DNA of 33,672 nucleotides from Clostridiaceae bacterium (GTDB taxonomy: Bacteria > Bacillota > Clostridia > CAYPLH01 > DUMO01), in assembly GCA_012839865.1 (NCBI GenBank), contig DUMO01000007.1:1-33672 (forward strand), written 5' to 3'. The notes under the pieces were generated by a model that saw only the letters and a program-made list of their open reading frames with translations, ran no database searches and had not been told where the DNA came from. Made by a program: the position numbers and the translations under genes. Positions 27,713 to 33,672 of this stretch are shown piece after piece (within the stretch, counting starts at the first letter, position 1; every line of letters starts with the position of its first letter).

Positions 27713-27737
27713 GCAGGCAATATGTTTCCATGCCTGC
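27713..27737 (+). other. Intra-operon stem-loop between rnfC and rnfD
   Basis: GCAGGCA / TGCCTGC stem in a 172-bp spacer. Confidence 0.45.
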
Positions 27738-27856
27738 CATCGCATTTAGCTGTATATGTTTTTAGTGGAGCAGGTGCCTTCAGTTACAGGTTCGCTGTTA
27801 AAGGAAATACTACCAGGCTGCTGGCAGCAGCTTCTACATAAAGGAGGAAAATCGAC

Positions 27857-28801
27857 TTGGAAAACAATTTGCATGTAAGTTCTTCTCCCCATATCAGGGC
27901 TGAAACCAATACCAGAGACATAATGCTGGACGTAATTATAGCATTGGTGCCGGCCTCGGTTATGGGCGTGTACTTTTTTGGATACAGAGCTTTGCTTGTT
28001 ATACTGGTTACCGTATTGGCAGCCGTATTGGCAGAATATTTGGCGGCAATTGTTCTTAAGAGGAAACAGACCATTGGTGATTTGAGCGCAGTTGTTACAG
28101 GATTGCTGCTTGCACTGAACTTTCCACCGTCAATACCTTTCTGGATAGCAATTGTTGGCGCATTTATTGCGATTATGCTGGTAAAGCAGTTGTTTGGCGG
28201 CATCGGACAGAATTTTATGAACCCTGCTCTTGCTGCCAGGGTTATACTTCTTATTTCATGGCCGGTTCAAATGACCAGATGGGTTTGGCCTGACGGTGTA
28301 TCATCTGCCACACCTTTGGTAATACTAAAACGAGGACTCATGGCCCAGGCACCCGGCTACCTTGACCTTTTCCTGGGAAATGTCGCAGGGTGCATAGGTG
28401 AAACATCGGCGGCAGCTTTGTTGATTGGCGGGATTTATCTGGTGGTAAAAAAAGTTATAGGTATGGAAACACCTTTAGCCTTTATTGGTACAGTCGGGCT
28501 GTTTACATGGATATTTGCAGGTGGCAGCCTGTTTACCGGTGATTTTCTGTATCACATTCTGGCAGGAGGTTTGATACTGGGGGCATTTTTCATGGCCACG
28601 GACTATTCGACTACTCCGGTTACAAGAAGGGGTAAAATAATTTTTGGAATCGGCTGTGGAATTTTAGCTTCGGTTATCCGCCTCTACACGGATTATCCTG
28701 AAGGTGTTTCATTTGCAATAATATTAATGAATGTAGCAACACAACTGATTGACAGATTTACTGTACCAAGAAGTTTCGGAGGTGAAAAAAATGCGGCGTG
28801 A
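27857..28801 (+). CDS. rnfD: Rnf complex subunit D
   Basis: SSSPHI, KQLFGGIGQN.MNPAL, SATPL (FMN-Thr), G.IGETS, FFMATD, YPEGV.FAI. Confidence 0.95.
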   Translation: MENNLHVSSSPHIRAETNTRDIMLDVIIALVPASVMGVYFFGYRALLVILVTVLAAVLAEYLAAIVLKRKQTIGDLSAVVTGLLLALNFPPSIPFWIAIVGAFIAIMLVKQLFGGIGQNFMNPALAARVILLISWPVQMTRWVWPDGVSSATPLVILKRGLMAQAPGYLDLFLGNVAGCIGETSAAALLIGGIYLVVKKVIGMETPLAFIGTVGLFTWIFAGGSLFTGDFLYHILAGGLILGAFFMATDYSTTPVTRRGKIIFGIGCGILASVIRLYTDYPEGVSFAIILMNVATQLIDRFTVPRSFGGEKNAA

Positions 28802-29381
28802 TATTTTAAAGCCTGCTATTTCCTTATTTTTAATTTGCCTGGTTACTGCAGCACTACTTGCGGTTACCAATTATGTAACTAAAAATATAATAAAAGACCG
28901 TGCACAGGGTGAAGCTGACAGTGCCCGCAAGCAAGTTCTGGCTGAAGCAGAAAGCTTTGAGGCTGTTGAAAATTTCAAGGCAATTTTAGGTGATGAAGAT
29001 GAATTCAGCAGAATAAACGATGTTTATAAAGCAATAAAAAACGGCAGTGTGATTGGACACGTGCTTACCATAACCGGCCAGGGCTATGGCGGGGATATGG
29101 AAGTTATTGTTGGAATAGACATGCAGGGTAAAATTACCGGATTAAAGATAGGCGAAAACAGTGAAACAGCGGGACTTGGCTCAAAGGTTACCGAAGAGGC
29201 GTTTACTTCCCAGTTTGTTAATCTTAATCCTGACGAACCCCTTACGGTGGTGAAGGTAAATAAATCAAAACCTGAGGAAATAGAGGCGGTCAGCGGGGCA
29301 ACAGTATCTTCAAGAGCTGTTACAACAGCTGTCCAGACAGCTCTGAATGCAGCTGACAAGCTTTCCGGAGAGGGGGAATAA
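28791..29381 (+). CDS. rnfG: Rnf complex subunit G
   Basis: N-terminal TM helix, GYGG, ETAGLGS, SGAT FMN-attachment motif; start ATG 28791. Confidence 0.93.
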   Translation: MRRDILKPAISLFLICLVTAALLAVTNYVTKNIIKDRAQGEADSARKQVLAEAESFEAVENFKAILGDEDEFSRINDVYKAIKNGSVIGHVLTITGQGYGGDMEVIVGIDMQGKITGLKIGENSETAGLGSKVTEEAFTSQFVNLNPDEPLTVVKVNKSKPEEIEAVSGATVSSRAVTTAVQTALNAADKLSGEGE

Positions 29382-29383
29382 AT

Positions 29384-30043
29384 GTGAAGGCCTTAAAAAC
29401 AATAACAAACGGTATTTTCAAGGAGAATCCGACTTTAAGGCTGGTTCTTGGAACATGCCCGACTCTTGCCATAACCACGTCAACTACTAACGTGTTGGGC
29501 ATGGGGGTGGCAGCAACTTTTGTGCTGGTAATGTCCAATATGATTATTTCTCTTTTGAGGAAGCAGATACCTGACAAGGTCAGGATACCGGCATATATTA
29601 CCATTATTGCAGGATTTGTTTCCATCGTCGAAATGATTATGAAGGCATTTCTGCCTGAACTGGACAAAGCATTGGGTATTTATATACCTCTGATTGTTGT
29701 CAACTGTATAATTCTAGTCCGGGCGGAATTGTTTGCGAGCAAAAACAATGTGTTTTATTCAGCCCTTGACGGAATAGGAATGGGACTGGGGTTTACCCTT
29801 GCCCTTTTGCTTATAGCATCTTTTAGGGAGATACTTGGAAATGGAACCTGGTTTGGAATGAATGTCACACGAGGTGCCATAGATCCTGCCATGATAATGA
29901 TACTTCCTCCGGGAGGATTCATTGCCTTTGGAACTGTTGTAGCCATAATTAATAAATTTTCTGTGGTCAAGGTGCGAAAAACAGGTTGTGCGGCCTGCAC
30001 CATGGGATGCCCGACAAACTGCAGCAAGGAGGTTGAAGCATAA
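29384..30043 (+). CDS. rnfE: Rnf complex subunit E
   Basis: ENP.L.LVLG.CP.LA, PDKVRIP, LGIYIPLIVVNCII, ILPPGGF. Confidence 0.95.
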   Translation: MKALKTITNGIFKENPTLRLVLGTCPTLAITTSTTNVLGMGVAATFVLVMSNMIISLLRKQIPDKVRIPAYITIIAGFVSIVEMIMKAFLPELDKALGIYIPLIVVNCIILVRAELFASKNNVFYSALDGIGMGLGFTLALLLIASFREILGNGTWFGMNVTRGAIDPAMIMILPPGGFIAFGTVVAIINKFSVVKVRKTGCAACTMGCPTNCSKEVEA

Positions 30044-30621
30044 TGGTGGAGATAATAGTGCTGTTAATGAGTGCCATATTGGTTGAGAATTTTGTATTAA
30101 TGCAGTTTTTAGGGATATGCCCCTTCCTGGGTGTTTCAAACAAACTTTCAACTGCCATTGGCATGAGCGGTGCAGTTATATTTGTCATGACTATTGCCTC
30201 CTTTTTTACAAAGCTTGTATATGATTTGCTGCTGGTGAGGTTTGGCCTGGAATATCTTAAGACAATAGCCTTTATTCTTGTTATTGCAGCGTTGGTGCAA
30301 TTTGTTGAAATTATTCTGAAAAGGTTTATACCACCCCTTTACAAGGCACTGGGAATTTACCTGCCCATAATTACAACCAATTGCGCTGTGCTTGGTGCTG
30401 CACTTATAAATATACAGAGGGAATATTCACTTTTAAATTCAGTGGTGTACGGTTTTGGTGCAGGAGTCGGATTCATGGTTGCCATGGTTCTGTTCGCTGG
30501 TGTAAGGGAACGGCTTGAGCACTGCGATATACCCGAGTCCTTCAAGGGGCTGCCCATAACGATGATTGCAGCTGCCCTGGTTTCAATCGGATTTTTTGGA
30601 TTCAAGGGACTGGGTGGATAA
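30043..30621 (+). CDS. rnfA: Rnf complex subunit A
   Basis: NFVL.QFLGICPFLGVS, LGIYLPIITTNCAVLG, GVRERL...DIP. Confidence 0.95.
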   Translation: MVEIIVLLMSAILVENFVLMQFLGICPFLGVSNKLSTAIGMSGAVIFVMTIASFFTKLVYDLLLVRFGLEYLKTIAFILVIAALVQFVEIILKRFIPPLYKALGIYLPIITTNCAVLGAALINIQREYSLLNSVVYGFGAGVGFMVAMVLFAGVRERLEHCDIPESFKGLPITMIAAALVSIGFFGFKGLGG

Positions 30622-30669
30622 GGTGCTGAAGCTATTTGAAAAAGTTTAAAACAAGGGGTCGATGATTAA

Positions 30670-31506
30670 ATGTTGCAGGAAATTTTAATACCCGTTGCCA
30701 TATTAGGTGGTCTTGGCCTTTTCTTCGGGCTTTGCCTTTCATATGCTTCAAAAAAGTTCGGAGTAAAAGTGGATGAAAGAATAGGAAAGGTAAGGGATGT
30801 TTTGCCCGGAGCAAATTGCGGCGCCTGCGGATTTACAGGGTGTGACGGGTATGCAGAGGCTGTAGTTTCCGGTAATGCTGATATAAACAAGTGTACTGTG
30901 GGTGGAAGGGATGTAATGGTCAGCATTGGAGAAATACTTGGAAAAGATACATCAACAAGCTCGGTGGAATGCAAGGTTGGCAGGGTCATGTGCGGAGCGG
31001 ACAACGGCAAGACCAGAACCAAGTATGATTATTCAGGAATAAAGGACTGTACCGCGGCAACAGCACTGTATGGCGGCCCGACAGCATGCATGTACGGTTG
31101 CATCGGAATGGGGGACTGCGCAAAGGCTTGTCCTTTTGGAGCAATTGTAGTGGAAAGAGGCGTTGCAAGGGTCCTGGCTGCAAAGTGCAAGGGCTGCGGG
31201 AAATGCGTTGAAGTATGCCCCAGGAACATAATAAAGATTGTGCCGAAGGAAAAACAGTACACAGTAAGGTGCAACAACCCCCAAAGGGGCAATTTTGTCA
31301 TGAAGGTTTGCAAAGTTGGCTGCATTGGCTGCAGGAAATGCTCCAAAGTTTGTGAAGCAGGTGCAATAACAAACGATGGCTTTGTGGCAAGAATAAATCC
31401 TGAACTATGCACAAATTGCGGAAAATGCATGGAAGTATGCCCGAACCATGTAATCAACAAATATCCGGTATGCTCCGATGAAGGTCCTGCGGCAGTTAAT
31501 GAATAG
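30670..31506 (+). CDS. rnfB: Rnf complex subunit B (polyferredoxin)
   Basis: LPGANCGACGFTGC, CMYGCIGMGDCAKACP, CKGCGKCVEVCP, CIGCRKCSKVC, CTNCGKCMEVCP. Confidence 0.95.
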   Translation: MLQEILIPVAILGGLGLFFGLCLSYASKKFGVKVDERIGKVRDVLPGANCGACGFTGCDGYAEAVVSGNADINKCTVGGRDVMVSIGEILGKDTSTSSVECKVGRVMCGADNGKTRTKYDYSGIKDCTAATALYGGPTACMYGCIGMGDCAKACPFGAIVVERGVARVLAAKCKGCGKCVEVCPRNIIKIVPKEKQYTVRCNNPQRGNFVMKVCKVGCIGCRKCSKVCEAGAITNDGFVARINPELCTNCGKCMEVCPNHVINKYPVCSDEGPAAVNE

Positions 31507-31563
31507 ATGCCGCTGTGAAGGTTGAATAAGCTTTATAAATATAACTTTTTAACATATAGCAGC

Positions 31564-31628
31564 AAGAAGTCTCCCGCCTCTAAGCCACCTTGCTCACTTT
31601 AGTGAGAGCATAGGCGGGAATACGTCAC
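31564..31628 (+). mobile_element. Orphan IS200/IS605-type right-end-like hairpin
   Basis: AAGAAG-TCTCCCGCCT...AGGCGGGA-ATACG-TCAC; resembles clostridial IS605 right ends from recall; no tnpA or tnpB nearby. Confidence 0.5.
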
Positions 31629-31693
31629 AGAATCTCATTGAAACAGTGAATTGGTTAATACCTTGTTATTCTTGGAAAGGTTGATGCCAAAAA

Positions 31694-31731
31694 GGCTTTT
31701 ATACTGCAGAAATTCCTGTAGTATAAAAGCC
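31694..31731. terminator. Bidirectional terminator between rnfB and the phosphatase gene
   Basis: GGCTTTTATACTGCAG / CTGTAGTATAAAAGCC, 16-bp stem with one G-U pair. Confidence 0.7.
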
Positions 31732-31777
31732 CGGATTAACCTTGCTGTGCTTCTTAGAACTACATTTCGCAGATAGA

Positions 31778-32875
31778 TTAAAGCACTTCAAGTATAGCCA
31801 TTGTTATATCATCGCAAAAAGAATCATTTTCGTGATTTCCGGAAAAATCATAGATGCTTTGCAGGATTTGGTCCAGGGTTTCTTTTGAAGATGCATTTTC
31901 CTTAAGAAGCATATTAATCAGTTTTTCCTCGCTAAACTGGTGGTTTTCCTTGTCCCAGACCTCTGTGATGCCATCTGTATAAAGGAACAGCCGGTCCCCC
32001 GGAAGCAAAGTCATGCACAGGTCGGTATAATGTGGCTTGTCCGCCCACAAGCTTATAGGTATTCCGGAAGATCTTAAAATTTCAAGCCTGTTGTTTCCAT
32101 AAACTATCGGACATACGCTGTGACCCGCATTGGAGTACGTTATGGAGTGGTTTTTTGTATTATAAATTGCATAAAAAACGGTTATATAGTGATCTTCAAA
32201 ACCACTGCCTGCGTAATCATGAAACAATTCGTCAAGGGCTGCCGCAGGTGACAATATTTCTTTGTTTATTGTAGCATAAAGATATACTGTCAACATAGAG
32301 GCAGTAAGCCCGTGCCCTGAAACATCGGCAATATAAACTCCGATATGGTCATCATCTATAGTGAAGATATCCAAAAAATCCCCGCCGAGAGATTCACAGG
32401 GCTTGTAAATATAAGAGAAGTTGACCTGCGAATGTTTGAATCTGGAGGGCAAAAGCTTGGTCTGGAGCACCTTTGCAGATTCCAGGTCCCTTTTCATTTT
32501 CTGGTTTTGGAGCAATATCTGCTTTTGTAGTTTTCTTGTCTCCGTAATGTCTCTGAATACCTCAACTACAGCAAAAATTTCACCATGTTGATTCCTGACC
32601 GGAGAGCATAATACAGAAAAGTATCTGTCCCCCACAACCTCTTCTTTGATATGTGTAGCGCCTTCAAAAACTGCCTTTCTTGAAATACAGTTCTCGCAAG
32701 GAATGCATTTTCCCAGGGACCTGTAACATTTCTTTCCCACCAGATTGTTTCCCAACTCCTGAGACATCGCCCTGTTTGCAAATAAAATATTGTCATCCTT
32801 GTCTATAACCCGCACCCAGTCGCACATGCCATTAATTATATCTGTGGTTGAAAGTCTTAAAGTATCGGTCTCCAT
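31778..32875 (-). CDS. PAS-domain PP2C/SpoIIE-family (RsbU-like) phosphatase
   Basis: PAS-like N-terminus, coiled-coil linker, LGGDF, IADVSGHG, LYTDG..E, DDIT. Confidence 0.88.
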   Translation of the reverse strand: METDTLRLSTTDIINGMCDWVRVIDKDDNILFANRAMSQELGNNLVGKKCYRSLGKCIPCENCISRKAVFEGATHIKEEVVGDRYFSVLCSPVRNQHGEIFAVVEVFRDITETRKLQKQILLQNQKMKRDLESAKVLQTKLLPSRFKHSQVNFSYIYKPCESLGGDFLDIFTIDDDHIGVYIADVSGHGLTASMLTVYLYATINKEILSPAAALDELFHDYAGSGFEDHYITVFYAIYNTKNHSITYSNAGHSVCPIVYGNNRLEILRSSGIPISLWADKPHYTDLCMTLLPGDRLFLYTDGITEVWDKENHQFSEEKLINMLLKENASSKETLDQILQSIYDFSGNHENDSFCDDITMAILEVL

Positions 32876-33248
32876 TATATATTTTCCCCCCTCCCTTGTT
32901 TTTTGTCTTCACTTTATAAATTTATATTTATCAGCTAAAATGACCTATAAAATTTACACGTTGAATTTTATATTTAAATCCCAGAACAAGCATATATAAC
33001 CTGAAACTTAAATGTGGCCCAATTTGCAAGGCGCTTCTTATTCCAGTATATATTGAATCTGAAGTTAGTTCAACTTGCTTTTTGTGATAATTATGAAGTT
33101 TTTGTGCTACAGCCATGCTGTTTATTAAACATCGACAAACTTAAAGCCGGAGTTGATAATTAAAAAACAGTAATATTTACCTGTCAACCGGTAATACTAA
33201 TATATTATGAATGCCTGATCACAGTATTACTTACCGGGGAGCAGGACT

Positions 33249-33672
33249 ATGCCAGCAAGTACAGTAAAAAAACAATATTGCATTGACATAAACAATAAAG
33301 ATGCGTTCATTAAATTTTCCGATGCTTTATATAATTTGTTGACGGAAGAAATTCAGCAAGGCGAAAAGACTGAATACAAATCCCTTGTCTTTTTATGCAT
33401 TGGAACCGACAGGTCCACCGGAGACTGCTTGGGACCTCTTACAGGATATAAGCTGTCGTCCTTAAGCTCTGTTTATGAAAATGTTTTCATATACGGCACC
33501 CTTGATAATCCTGTTCATGCGAAAAATATAAACCAGGTTATGGAGAAAATAAATAAAACATATGAAAAACCCTTTGTGGTTGCAATTGATGCATGCCTTG
33601 GGCATATGAACCACGTGGGATGGATAACCGTCGGAACAGGCTCCATCAAACCGGGTTCGGGAGTAAACAAGG
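33249..33672 (+). CDS. yyaC: Spore protease YyaC, 3' end cut by the window edge
   Basis: MPASTVKK...[18 protein letters not shown]...[12 protein letters not shown]...VAIDACLG...IKPGSGV; absent from the ORF track because there is no stop in the window. Confidence 0.9.

Noticed and set aside
743..33116. Many 60-165 aa ORFs overlapping confident genes on the opposite strand or in another frame (e.g. 7534-8031, 9672-10208, 19268-19705, 21804-22256, 31029-31460)
   Set aside because: They are shadow ORFs of well-supported genes, with no RBS or domain motifs.

Overview
Core-genome window of a spore-forming clostridial bacterium (inferred from gene content and order). It holds sporulation and germination genes (ypeB, sleB, yaaL-like, bofA, an N-terminal-only yabG-like ORF, sipL, veg, partial yyaC), housekeeping genes (acpS, ispE, rho, rpmE, prmC), a diacylglycerol glycosyltransferase, a complete rnfCDGEAB operon and a PAS-PP2C phosphatase. 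Three things stand out. (1) A co-oriented AAA+ ATPase - PspA/ESCRT-III-family - 2TM/coiled-coil gene trio resembling a bacterial ESCRT-III/Vps4-like membrane-remodelling module. (2) Two unrelated families of non-coding palindromic elements (about 220 and 320 bp), each present as one complete element plus a solo arm elsewhere in the window. (3) An orphan IS200/IS605-type right-end hairpin and a heavily structured rnf leader. No tRNA, rRNA, CRISPR array or transposase was recognised. All family calls are by motif recognition only; no database search was run.
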